From: Pseudomonadota bacterium | Lineage (GTDB): Bacteria; Desulfobacterota; Binatia; Binatales; Binataceae | Assembly (NCBI GenBank): GCA_021323675.1 | Contig: JAJPKP010000055.1 | Span: 1,529-65,528 of the forward strand | Direction of reading: 5' to 3' | DNA: 64,000 nucleotides | Shown here: one piece after another, positions 1 to 9,209 of the stretch | How positions within the stretch are numbered: the first letter of the stretch is position 1 | How the letters are laid out: each line of letters starts with the position of its first letter | Position numbers and translations under genes: made by a program | The notes under the pieces: generated by a model | What the model saw: only the letters and a program-made list of their open reading frames with translations | What the model was told of the DNA's origin: nothing | The model's database searches: none

Positions 1-1
1 G

Positions 2-32
2 GGCCGGCCCAATCAGCCGGCCTTTCTTTTTT
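2..32 (+). terminator. Rho-independent terminator of an upstream + strand gene
   Basis: GGCCGGC(2-8)/GCCGGCC(16-22) stem followed by TTTCTTTTTT. Confidence 0.7.
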
Positions 33-69
33 GGATGCCTCGCGGGAGCAATCAAGCCGGCCGCGCTCG

Positions 70-906
70 CTACGGTAGCTGAAGGAATATGCTGAGCGCG
101 GCCAAAGATTCGGGCTCGGTCAACGATGGTGCGTGGCCAATGCCTGGCACTTCGGCCACGGTGACATCCGTGTGAGTCGTGCGCATCTGCCTTGCCGTCA
201 GCGGAGACAGGATGTCGCTGTCGGCGCCGCGGATTACGAGAATCGGGCAGCTTATCCGCGCGAACGGCACCCACAGGTCAAACCGCTGCTGGGCGGTGCC
301 GCCGCGGATCGGCCTGCGGATTGCCGGGTCCATCTTCCACGTCAACCCGCCGTCCGCAACCGGCTTGACGGACCATTTGGCCCACTCGCGCAGCGCATCC
401 TCGGGCACCTTGGCCATCGAAGGATAGTTCCGTCGATAATAGGCGGCGACCTCGGCAAGGTCGGCGAACTTTTCCGGCGTTTCGCTCACGTAGGACGCGA
501 TTCGAGCGCCTCCGGCCGGGTCGATTTCAGGACCGATATCGTTGAGCACGAGCCGCTCGACCCGTTCGGGCCATCCCCCGGCGAACATCATCGATATTAT
601 TCCGCCCATCGAGGTTCCGATGAGCGTCGCTTTCGCGATGCCGAGCGCGTCGAGCATCGCGGTCAGATCGGTCGCGTAGTTCTGCGGCAGGTATTCGGTG
701 GGAGGTCCCCATGCGCTGTCGCCGCGTCCGCGGACGTCGATCGAGAGCGCGTGATAACGGGGCGTGAGATGAGGCGCGAGCGCATCGAAGTTGTGCGCAT
801 TGCCGGTCAGGCCATGAATGCAAATCAGCCACGGCCGTCCCTCGCCGCCGTAGTCGAGGTAATGAAGCCGAAGGCCGCCAGCCTCGACGAACTTGTCCTG
901 CGCCAT
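70..906 (-). CDS. Alpha/beta fold hydrolase
   Basis: C-terminal part of ORF 70..2043 from MAQDKF; HG oxyanion motif, DVRGRGDS, GTSMG nucleophile elbow, GHAP histidine. Confidence 0.85.
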   Translation of the reverse strand: MAQDKFVEAGGLRLHYLDYGGEGRPWLICIHGLTGNAHNFDALAPHLTPRYHALSIDVRGRGDSAWGPPTEYLPQNYATDLTAMLDALGIAKATLIGTSMGGIISMMFAGGWPERVERLVLNDIGPEIDPAGGARIASYVSETPEKFADLAEVAAYYRRNYPSMAKVPEDALREWAKWSVKPVADGGLTWKMDPAIRRPIRGGTAQQRFDLWVPFARISCPILVIRGADSDILSPLTARQMRTTHTDVTVAEVPGIGHAPSLTEPESLAALSIFLQLP

Positions 907-1014
907 CGCGATTGCTCCCTGCCGCGGATGAGGAGAGTGTAGGTCATATGCCCGGCCGCGCCAATGACGCCGGACGCTCGATCGTGTATAGAGAAATCGC
1001 TCAGGAGGCGGACA

Positions 1015-2187
1015 ATGGCTGCACAATTCAGAATCGAAGGCGAAGTCGACAAGCGTTTCGAAAGCGTGCGCAAGGTCTTCGCCGAGAATTTCGAAAAGTG
1101 CGGTGAGCTCGGCGCCGCGGTGTCGATCGTGCTCGATGGCCGTCCGGTGGTCGATCTGTGGGGCGGCTATTTCGACAAGGAGAAGACGCGTCCCTGGAAC
1201 CGCGACACGCTGGTTAACGTCTATTCCACCACCAAGGGTCTGACCGCCACCTGCGCGCATCGATTGATCGATCAGGGCAGGCTCGACCCGGATGAACCGG
1301 TCGCGCGCTATTGGCCCGAGTTCGCCCAGGCCGGCAAGAAGGACATGCCGGTTCGCTATCTGCTGAGCCATCGCGCCGGCCTGCCCGCGATCAAAAAAGA
1401 ACTGGCGGAAGATTCGCTCTACAATTGGGACACGATGGCCACTGCGCTGGCCGAACAGGAGCCGTGGTGGCAGCCCGGCACGAAGCACGTCTATCACGCG
1501 CTGACCATCGGATGGCTGGTGGGCGAAGTAATCAGGCGTATCACCGGCAAGGGGCTCGGAACGTACTTCCGCGAAGAAATCGCGGGCCCGCTCGGACTCG
1601 ATTGTCACATCGGCCTCGATGCGAAACACGATTCGCGCGTGAGCGATCTGCTCCCTTCTCCGCCCCCCGCACCCGATGAACCGAACCTGTTCGCGGAGGC
1701 GATGAAGGATCCCGAAGGGGCGACCGCAAAGGCGTTCCTCAATCCTCCGATCCTGACCAAGCCCCACGTGGTGAACACGCGCGCCTGGCGCGCGGCGGAA
1801 ATCGGCGCCGCCAACGGCCATACCACCGCGCGATCGCTGGCGCGGATGTACGGCGCGCTCGCGCGTGGCGGCGAGATCGACGGCTATCGCATCGTGCGCC
1901 CCGAAGCACTCGAAAGGTTCTACACCGAGCAGTCGTTCGGCCCCGACCAGGTCCTGATGCAGATGCCGACGCGATTCTCGCTCGGGTTCATGCTGTCGCA
2001 GCCGGGCGCGATGTTCGGTCCGAATCGCAAAGCCTTTGGGCATCCCGGCGCCGGCGGATCGCTCGGCTTCGCCGACCCGCAGGCCAAAGTCGGCTTCGGC
2101 TACACGATGAACCAGATGGCCAACGGGCTTCTGATTGATACCAGGGCGGCGGCGCTAATCGACGCCTTTTACGCTGCGCTCGGATAA
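1015..2187 (+). CDS. Serine hydrolase, class C beta-lactamase fold (family VIII esterase-like)
   Basis: SxxK (STTK), LLSHRAGL, YHAL, FGHPGAGGS; RBS AGGAGG before ATG 1015. Confidence 0.85.
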   Translation: MAAQFRIEGEVDKRFESVRKVFAENFEKCGELGAAVSIVLDGRPVVDLWGGYFDKEKTRPWNRDTLVNVYSTTKGLTATCAHRLIDQGRLDPDEPVARYWPEFAQAGKKDMPVRYLLSHRAGLPAIKKELAEDSLYNWDTMATALAEQEPWWQPGTKHVYHALTIGWLVGEVIRRITGKGLGTYFREEIAGPLGLDCHIGLDAKHDSRVSDLLPSPPPAPDEPNLFAEAMKDPEGATAKAFLNPPILTKPHVVNTRAWRAAEIGAANGHTTARSLARMYGALARGGEIDGYRIVRPEALERFYTEQSFGPDQVLMQMPTRFSLGFMLSQPGAMFGPNRKAFGHPGAGGSLGFADPQAKVGFGYTMNQMANGLLIDTRAAALIDAFYAALG

Positions 2188-2317
2188 AGGCGCTCTTCAT
2201 CGCGTGCATCGATGGTTCCGCTCGCGTGTGCGGCGGGCCGATGGGAAGTCGCTTCCGCGGAGATCGGTCAGCGGTGATTCGGTTCGCGATTGCCGGTCAG
2301 TGTACAATTGAGCCCGC

Positions 2318-3334
2318 ATGAAACTGCGAGGTGCGATTTCCGGGTTCGGCGAGGTGGCCGCGCGCGCCCATCTCTCAGGATGGCTCACGCGCGATGACGT
2401 CAGTATCCGGGCGGTGCATGAGCCGATAGCGGAACGCCGCCACGAAGCGATTCGCCTCATCAGGAATGTCCGCGTCTACGAGGATCTCGAGCTGATGCTC
2501 GATGGCGAAGCGCTGGATTTCGTCGATATAGCCAGCCCGCCCGCGATGCACGCTCCTGCCGCGCGCCTGGCGCTGAAGGCGGGAGCTCACGTTCTCGTCG
2601 AAAAGCCGCTTTGCCTGTCGCTGGCGGAATTCGATGAACTTGCGGCGCTGGCGGCCGGCAGCGGGCGCGTCCTGATGTGCGTGCATAACTGGAAACATGC
2701 CCCCTCATATGCGCTTGCTCGCGACCTCCTCGACCGCGGGCGCATCGGAACGGTCAGATCGCTCTCGATCGAGCGCCTGCGGACGGCTCCTGCCGGCGCG
2801 GGAGGAGCCGGCGGACGCTGGCGCTCGTCAGGCGCCACGGGCGGAGGAATCCTCGTCGATCATGGTTGGCACGTCTTCTACCTGATGCAGTGGTTGATGG
2901 GCGAAGCGCCGTGCGCCATCTCGGCCATCCTCGCCAGCAATCAAGAGGGAGTGGAAGAGGTTGCGGACCTGCGGGTGAGCTTCGGCTCGGGCCGTTTCGC
3001 CAGTGCGTTGCTCTCCTGGCGGGCAGAGGCAAGAAAAACCTCGGCAACAATCGTGGGCGATACTGGCACGATCGAGGTCGGCAACGAGCGCATCGTGGTG
3101 ACCGATCGTGAGGGTCGAGTGGAAACGCTGGCCGTCAACGACATTCCCGACGACTCGTACCACTCCGCGTGGTTCGCTCGAATGGCGGCTGAGTTCCGGG
3201 ATGCTGTCGCCGACGGCAACAACTCGGGGGTCGCACGGTCGAATATCGATGAAGCGCGCAATGCCCTTGCGCTTATCGTCGCAGCCCGCGAATCCGCAAA
3301 AAACCGTGGAACTGCAACGAAGATCATCGCCTGA
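2318..3334 (+). CDS. Gfo/Idh/MocA family oxidoreductase
   Basis: N-terminal GFG Rossmann motif, VEKP, GGGILVDHGWH. Confidence 0.85.
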   Translation: MKLRGAISGFGEVAARAHLSGWLTRDDVSIRAVHEPIAERRHEAIRLIRNVRVYEDLELMLDGEALDFVDIASPPAMHAPAARLALKAGAHVLVEKPLCLSLAEFDELAALAAGSGRVLMCVHNWKHAPSYALARDLLDRGRIGTVRSLSIERLRTAPAGAGGAGGRWRSSGATGGGILVDHGWHVFYLMQWLMGEAPCAISAILASNQEGVEEVADLRVSFGSGRFASALLSWRAEARKTSATIVGDTGTIEVGNERIVVTDREGRVETLAVNDIPDDSYHSAWFARMAAEFRDAVADGNNSGVARSNIDEARNALALIVAARESAKNRGTATKIIA

Positions 3335-3450
3335 CCGCCGGTCAGGACGTTCGGAAGCCAGGATTTAATCCCATATTACTGACCGATTGGACGGGGCTGT
3401 ATTGACTTTGCCTCAGATGACGCTAAAGTTACGATTGACCGACAGGTTAG
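3330..3450. promoter_or_regulatory. Putative sigma70 promoter with three TetR-type operator-like boxes upstream of the tetR-hpnH operon
   Basis: Perfect palindrome CCTGACCGCCGGTCAGG 3330-3346; CTGACCGATTGGACGG 3379-3394; -35 TTGACT 3402-3407, -10 TAAAGT 3424-3429; TTGACCGACAGGTTAG 3435-3450. Confidence 0.55.
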
Positions 3451-3473
3451 CGAGGACCCATCTGGGCTGGAAA

Positions 3474-4124
3474 ATGAGTACTCCAGAGACGAGGCCAGTC
3501 TCTCCCGACACGCGCAGCGCTCAGGATTCCCGAGATGAGATTCTGAAGGCGGCGATGCGCCTGTTTGCGAATCGCGGCTTTCACGAGACCTCGATGTCCG
3601 AGGTGGCGCGCGAAGCGCACGTCAGCAAGGCCCTGATTTTCTGGCATTTCAAGACCAAGGAGGAGTTGTTCGTCGCCGTTCTCAACCGGTTGCTCGAACC
3701 CTATTTCATCGATTTTGCCGAAGAGGCGGGGGTTCTCGACGAACGCGCCCAGATCAAGAAGCTGGTCGAATTCTACCTGTCGTTTGTGCGTGACAACGCC
3801 AGCTCGGTCCGATTCTTCCTTGCGCAGATGCTGCACGACCAGCATTTCTCCGAGGGGCTGAACGAGCAGGTGCTGAAGCTTTACTCGGGCTATCGCAGCA
3901 TGCTGGTCGAGCTTATCGCCCGGGCCCGGCAAAAAGGGTTGTGCAACGTTCGGTTCAGTCCGGAAGCGGCGGCGGGATTTCTGCTGTCAGCTCTCAACGG
4001 AATTCTAATCGAGCATCTGTTCGTCGCTAACAATCCGCTCGATCCCGATGCGGCGGTCGCGATGGTTAGCGAATGGCTGTTTGGCGAAGAGAACTCCTCC
4101 GATGGCGGCAAGGCTGTCGCCTGA
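3474..4124 (+). CDS. TetR/AcrR family transcriptional regulator heading the hopanoid operon
   Basis: ILKAAMRLFANRGFHETSMSEVAREAHVSKALIFWHFKTKEEL HTH; 32 bp upstream of hpnH. Confidence 0.9.
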   Translation: MSTPETRPVSPDTRSAQDSRDEILKAAMRLFANRGFHETSMSEVAREAHVSKALIFWHFKTKEELFVAVLNRLLEPYFIDFAEEAGVLDERAQIKKLVEFYLSFVRDNASSVRFFLAQMLHDQHFSEGLNEQVLKLYSGYRSMLVELIARARQKGLCNVRFSPEAAAGFLLSALNGILIEHLFVANNPLDPDAAVAMVSEWLFGEENSSDGGKAVA

Positions 4125-4156
4125 TTTTCTGACTTCGAGGGAATGCGGGGAAACCC

Positions 4157-5161
4157 ATGCGCGTACCGCTCAAGCAAATGATCGATCTCGGCCGCTACAT
4201 CAGCCGAAAGAAGCGCGCCGGTGAGAAATACTTTCCGCTGGTGCTGATGCTGGAGCCGCTGCACGCCTGCAACCTGGCATGCGTCGGATGCGGCAGAATC
4301 GTCGAGTACAAGGACACGATTCGCGACATGATGCCGCTCGACGAAGCGCTCGCATCGGCCGAGGAGTGCGGCGCGCCCATCGTGTCGATCTGCGGCGGGG
4401 AACCGCTGATGTACAAGCATATCGCGCCGCTCACCACGCGCCTTATCGAAGAGCAGAAGCGCCACGTGATGATCTGCACCAACGCGATCCTGCTCGAACG
4501 CTTCGTCAAGCAGGTCGCCCCGAGTTCGTACCTGAGCTTCAACATCCATATCGACGGGATGCGCGAGACCAACGATCGCGTGGTCGATCGCAAGGGCCAC
4601 TTCGACATCGTCGTGAAGATGGTCAAGATGCTCAAGGACAAAGGCTATCGCGTGCAGACCAACACCACGGTCTTTCGCGAGACCAGCGCCGAAGAACTCG
4701 AAGAGTTGGTGAAGATGCTCGGCGGACTGGGCGTGGACGGGATGCTGCTGTCGCCCGGCTATCACTACCAGGTGCTGACCAACGACGATCTGTATCTCAA
4801 GAAAGAGGAGATGCCGTACAAGTTTCAACGGGTCCGAAGCCTCGCCGACGACTACAAGATCATGAACACTCCGATCTACCTGGACTACCTGGTCGGAGAG
4901 CGCGACCTGCTGTGCAGTCCGTGGACCACGGTCACGCGCAATCCGCGGGGATGGAAAGGTCCCTGCTACCTGATCACCAACGGGCATTACCAGACCTTCA
5001 AGGAATTGCACGACGCGACCGATTGGGAGTTCTACCGCACCAAGCAGGACATCCGCTGCCGCGATTGCAAGCTGCACTCAGGCTTCGAGGGAACGGTTGC
5101 GCTCGAGTTCGGCAATTCGCTCAAGGATTCGTGGCGAATGGTTCGCCACTATATGTCCTGA
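4157..5161 (+). CDS. hpnH: Adenosyl-hopene transferase (radical SAM)
   Basis: PLVLMLEPLHACNLACVGC (CxxxCxxC), GGEPL, C-terminal CSPW..GWKGPCY..CRDCKLHSGFE typical of HpnH; adjacent to shc. Confidence 0.92.
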   Translation: MRVPLKQMIDLGRYISRKKRAGEKYFPLVLMLEPLHACNLACVGCGRIVEYKDTIRDMMPLDEALASAEECGAPIVSICGGEPLMYKHIAPLTTRLIEEQKRHVMICTNAILLERFVKQVAPSSYLSFNIHIDGMRETNDRVVDRKGHFDIVVKMVKMLKDKGYRVQTNTTVFRETSAEELEELVKMLGGLGVDGMLLSPGYHYQVLTNDDLYLKKEEMPYKFQRVRSLADDYKIMNTPIYLDYLVGERDLLCSPWTTVTRNPRGWKGPCYLITNGHYQTFKELHDATDWEFYRTKQDIRCRDCKLHSGFEGTVALEFGNSLKDSWRMVRHYMS

Positions 5162-5259
5162 ACCGATCACTGACCGCGGCGGGCGCGATGGCGCCGCCGC
5201 TCCGCTCGCGGATGGCAACTCGCATCCGCGCCGGCGGCTGACTTGTAACCTGTAGGGAA

Positions 5260-6150
5260 GTGTTTCAACTCGATCGCTATTTGAAAGAACGAGCCGCCCT
5301 GGTCGAGCGCGCACTATCGGGAATTGTCCCCGACCCTTCCGGACCCGATGCGCTCCTGCTCGAGGCGATGCGCTACAGCCTGCTGGGGGGCGGCAAGCGC
5401 CTGCGCCCGATCCTCGCGCTGGCCGCGTGCGAGGCGGTCGGTGGAGCGCCCGAACGCGCCATCGGCTTCGCCTGCGCGGTCGAGATGATCCACAACTATT
5501 CGCTTATTCACGACGATCTGCCCTGCATGGACGACGACGACCTGCGCCACGGACGTCCGTCCAATCACAAGGTGTACGGCGAGGCGATTGCCACGCTGGC
5601 AGGCGACGGCCTTCTCACCGACGCGTTCAAGGTGCTCGCGCGTTCCGCCAGCGATGGCGTTCCCTCGTCCGTCGTGCTCCAGACCGTTGCCGATCTCGCG
5701 CACGCGGCCGGGTCGGCTGGAATGGTCGGCGGACAAGTCATCGATCTTCAGAGCGAAGGCCGCACACTCACACTCGATGAACTCAAGCATCTGCACGCAA
5801 AGAAAACCGGCGCACTTTTTCATGTGTCGATTGTGGGGGGCGCGCGCCTCGGCGGCGCTTCCGACACGCAGTTGGCCAGCCTGAACGAATTCGCGCGGGC
5901 GCTCGGCCTCGCGTTCCAGGTCGTTGACGATCTTCTGGATGTGGAGGCGACCACGGAGCAGATGGGCAAGCGGACGCGCAAGGACGAGGCGGCCGGCAAG
6001 GCCACTTTCCCCTCGCTGCTGGGGGTCGAGAAGTCCCGCCAGTTTGCGCGCGAACTCGAGCATCAGGCCCTCGAAGCCCTGTCCGCCTTCGGTCCCAGCG
6101 CCGACCCGCTGCGCGCGATCGCGACCTTTGTAGTGGAGCGAAAACAATGA
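5260..6150 (+). CDS. ispA: Farnesyl diphosphate synthase / polyprenyl synthetase
   Basis: GGKRLRP, FARM HDDLPCMDDDDLR, KTG, SARM FQVVDDLLD. Confidence 0.9.
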   Translation: MFQLDRYLKERAALVERALSGIVPDPSGPDALLLEAMRYSLLGGGKRLRPILALAACEAVGGAPERAIGFACAVEMIHNYSLIHDDLPCMDDDDLRHGRPSNHKVYGEAIATLAGDGLLTDAFKVLARSASDGVPSSVVLQTVADLAHAAGSAGMVGGQVIDLQSEGRTLTLDELKHLHAKKTGALFHVSIVGGARLGGASDTQLASLNEFARALGLAFQVVDDLLDVEATTEQMGKRTRKDEAAGKATFPSLLGVEKSRQFARELEHQALEALSAFGPSADPLRAIATFVVERKQ

Positions 6151-7208
6151 GGTCCGCAGCCGCGTCAATTCAGTCCGCGCCCCTGCGCCGCGCGATGCTG
6201 GTGGCTCCGCGCCACCTTGAAATTCACGATTTTATTCCGCCGCGCCCCGGACCCGGCGAGATTCTGCTGCAAGTCCGATGCGCGCTTAGCTGCGGAACCG
6301 ACCTGAAAACCTGGCGCCGCGGCCATCCTCTCTGGAAGATGCCGGTGCCGCTCGGCCATGAGTTCTCCGGAGTCGTGGCCGAAGTCGGACCCGCGACGAG
6401 CGGGTTTCGTCCCGGCGACGAAGTGATGGCGGCGCCAACCGCTCCGTGCGGGGGATGCTTCTACTGCGAGCGGGGCCAGGAAAATCTCTGCGCCACGGCG
6501 ATCGAAAAGATGGTGCTCGGCGCATACGGCGACATGCTGCTGCTTCCGGCGCATATCGTCGCAAAGAACGTCTTTCGCAAGCCGCGCGACCTTCCCTTCG
6601 AGGAAGCCGCCCTTCTCGAACCCCTTTCGTGCGTTGCGCATGCGCAGTCGATGGCCCGGCCGGAGCGCCATGAGACGGCGCTCATTGTGGGCGCGGGTCC
6701 TTTCGGCCTGTTGCACATGATGGTGATGCGAGCAGCCGGCGTGCGCGAAATCGTGATAGCGGGCCGCGGCGACGATCGCCTCAAATGGGCCGCTCAGCTC
6801 GGCGCCGACCGCGTTATCGACGCTCGGCGCGAAGATGCCGCCGCGGCGGCATCTCGGCTCAACGGCGGTTTCGGCCCCGACCTGGTGATCGAATGCACCG
6901 GCCAGGTGAGCGGATGGACCGACGCGCTTGCGCGCACCCGCCGCGGCGGACGGGTCGTGTTCTTCGGCGGATGTCCGCCGGGGACCGTGCTCAGCGTTGA
7001 CACCCGGCGCATGCATTACGACGGCCTCACGCTGCTCGCGCCGTTTCATTACCGGCCGCGCGACGTCAGGCGCGCCTTCGAGTTGCTGGCCGAGCGCAAG
7101 CTCGGGGCTGGACGGATAATCAACCAGCGCCGAAGCCTGAACGACCTTGCGCAAGTGTTTGCGATGCTGGACAACGGCGCCGTGCTCAAGTGCGCCGTTA
7201 TTCCCTGA
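6147..7208 (+). CDS. Zn-dependent medium-chain dehydrogenase (sorbitol/threonine dehydrogenase-like)
   Basis: CGTD, GHE, structural Zn CGGCFYC..C, GAGPFG; ATGA overlap with ispA stop. Confidence 0.85.
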   Translation: MRSAAASIQSAPLRRAMLVAPRHLEIHDFIPPRPGPGEILLQVRCALSCGTDLKTWRRGHPLWKMPVPLGHEFSGVVAEVGPATSGFRPGDEVMAAPTAPCGGCFYCERGQENLCATAIEKMVLGAYGDMLLLPAHIVAKNVFRKPRDLPFEEAALLEPLSCVAHAQSMARPERHETALIVGAGPFGLLHMMVMRAAGVREIVIAGRGDDRLKWAAQLGADRVIDARREDAAAAASRLNGGFGPDLVIECTGQVSGWTDALARTRRGGRVVFFGGCPPGTVLSVDTRRMHYDGLTLLAPFHYRPRDVRRAFELLAERKLGAGRIINQRRSLNDLAQVFAMLDNGAVLKCAVIP

Positions 7209-7228
7209 AAGAGAATGAGTAAGACCAG

Positions 7229-9193
7229 ATGAGTCAGGTTTCAGAAGCCGTTTCCCAACCGCTTGCCCCGGCAATCGGTCCGCACGACGAGTTTGCCGCG
7301 AAGGTTGACTACACCATCGAACGCGCCCAGCGCTCGCTCCTCGCGCAGCAGCATCCCGAGGGCTATTGGCAGGCGGCGCTGGAAGCGAACGCCGAGATGA
7401 ACGCCGAGTTCATCATCTTCAATCACTTCATGGACACGGTGGATGCCGAGCTGGAAGGAAAGCTCAAGAAGCTCCTGCTCGATCTTCAGAACGCGGACGG
7501 AAGCTGGAGCCTGTTCGCCGGGGGCGCCGGCCATCTTTCGACCTCGATCGAAGCCTACTTCGCGCTCAAGCTCACGGGGATGCGCGCCGGCGATGAGCCG
7601 ATGATAAATGCGCGGCGCTGGATTCTGTCGCAGGGCGGAATAGAAAAGTGCGGCACCCTCGCACGCTTTTATCTGGCCGCGATGGGGCAGGTGCCGTGGG
7701 ATGCGACCGCGGCGCTGCCGGTCGAGGCATCGCTCCTGCCCAACTGGTTCTTCTTCAACATGTACGAGCTGTCATCGTGGGCGCGGGGAACCGCGTTTGC
7801 CCTGATGATTCTTCAGGCGACGCGCCCGGCGGTGAAGGTCAGCCACCAGGACGGCATTCTCGAACTCTACATCCAGCCCCCGCACTTCACCAGGTTCAAG
7901 CAGCCGCGCCCGAAAAGCATCATCTCGCTGCGCAGCGTCTTCAACCTCGTCGACAAAGTGCTGCGCGCCTATGACCATCATCATCTGAAGGGCCTGCGTG
8001 CTCGCGCGCTGCGCTACGCCGAGAACTGGATCGTCGAGCATCAGGATGCCAACGGGTCGTGGGGCGGAATCGAGCCGTGCTACCTGCTGAGCGCGATGGC
8101 GCTTAAGGCGCTCGGCTATCGCAACGATCATCCGGTGTTGAAAAAGGCCATCGACGCCTCGAAAGAGCTCGTCTGGGACCTGGGCGACAGCGCCCTCTAC
8201 ATGCCGTGCGTGTCGCCCAATTGGGACACCGCGCTGGCTGCGAAGGCGCTGCTCGACTCCGGCACTCCGGGCGACCATCCGGCCTTGCGCAAGGCTGCCC
8301 AATGGTTCGTCGATCATCAGATTTTCAAGCGCGGCGACTGGTCGATAAAGCGGCCGAATCTCGATCCCGGCGGATGGTCGTTTCAGTTTTACAATGACTG
8401 GTATCCCGACGTGGACGATTCCGCGGTCATCCTGATGGTGATGGCGGAAGCTGCGTACGACGATCGCGAAAAGCGCGAACGATGCATCAGCGCGGGCGCA
8501 AACTGGGTGATGGGCATGCAGTCGAAGGACGGCGGCTTCGCCGCGTTCGACGTCGATAACGATTCGCACTGGCTCAACAATATCCCGCTTGCCGACGTGG
8601 AAGCCGTCACCGATCCTTCCTGCGCCGATCTGACCGGCCGGGTGCTGGAGATGATGGCCGCGGTCGGGTACAAGCCCGATCATCCCGTCGCCAGCCGCGC
8701 TATCGATTGGCTCCGCCGCAACCAGGGCTCCGACGGAGCATGGTGGGGACGATGGGGTGTCGCGTATATATACGGGACTTTCTCCGCTCTCTCAGGGCTG
8801 CGCGCGATCGGCTACGACATGAATCAGCCGTGGATCAAGCGCGCGGTGGATTGGCTGAAATCGCGACAGAATTCCGACGGCGGATGGGGCGAGAGCCCGC
8901 TCGCCGATCAGGATCCGGCGTGGCGCGGCCGCGGAGTCAGCACCGCATCCCAGACCGCGTGGGCGATTATCGGTCTGCTCGCCGGCGAGGACGGCATCAG
9001 TGAATCGCTCATGCGGGGCGTTCAGTGGTTGTCCGAACGGCAGAACGACAGCGGAGCGTGGGACGAAAACGAATTCACCGGCACCGGCTTTCCGGGGCAC
9101 TTCTATCTGCGCTACTGGCTCTATGCTCATTACTTTCCGTTGATGGCGCTGGGAAGGTTTCGCCGGCGGCTTGCGGAAGCCGCGCAACGCTAA
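7229..9193 (+). CDS. shc: Squalene-hopene cyclase
   Basis: Catalytic YPDVDDSA (DxDD), repeated QW motifs (QNADGSW, QDANGSWG, QNSDGGWGE), WDTALA, TGTGFPGHFYLRY. Confidence 0.97.
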   Translation: MSQVSEAVSQPLAPAIGPHDEFAAKVDYTIERAQRSLLAQQHPEGYWQAALEANAEMNAEFIIFNHFMDTVDAELEGKLKKLLLDLQNADGSWSLFAGGAGHLSTSIEAYFALKLTGMRAGDEPMINARRWILSQGGIEKCGTLARFYLAAMGQVPWDATAALPVEASLLPNWFFFNMYELSSWARGTAFALMILQATRPAVKVSHQDGILELYIQPPHFTRFKQPRPKSIISLRSVFNLVDKVLRAYDHHHLKGLRARALRYAENWIVEHQDANGSWGGIEPCYLLSAMALKALGYRNDHPVLKKAIDASKELVWDLGDSALYMPCVSPNWDTALAAKALLDSGTPGDHPALRKAAQWFVDHQIFKRGDWSIKRPNLDPGGWSFQFYNDWYPDVDDSAVILMVMAEAAYDDREKRERCISAGANWVMGMQSKDGGFAAFDVDNDSHWLNNIPLADVEAVTDPSCADLTGRVLEMMAAVGYKPDHPVASRAIDWLRRNQGSDGAWWGRWGVAYIYGTFSALSGLRAIGYDMNQPWIKRAVDWLKSRQNSDGGWGESPLADQDPAWRGRGVSTASQTAWAIIGLLAGEDGISESLMRGVQWLSERQNDSGAWDENEFTGTGFPGHFYLRYWLYAHYFPLMALGRFRRRLAEAAQR

Positions 9194-9209
9194 ACTTGCG
9201 CATCGGGCG

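Noticed and set aside
907-2043. N-terminal 380 aa of the 657-aa minus-strand ORF 70..2043
   Set aside because: Antisense shadow of the serine hydrolase gene; the hydrolase domain begins at MAQDKF (906).
1015-2187. Beta-lactamase resistance gene
   Set aside because: No signal peptide, and the motif set matches cytoplasmic family VIII esterases; resistance is unsupported.
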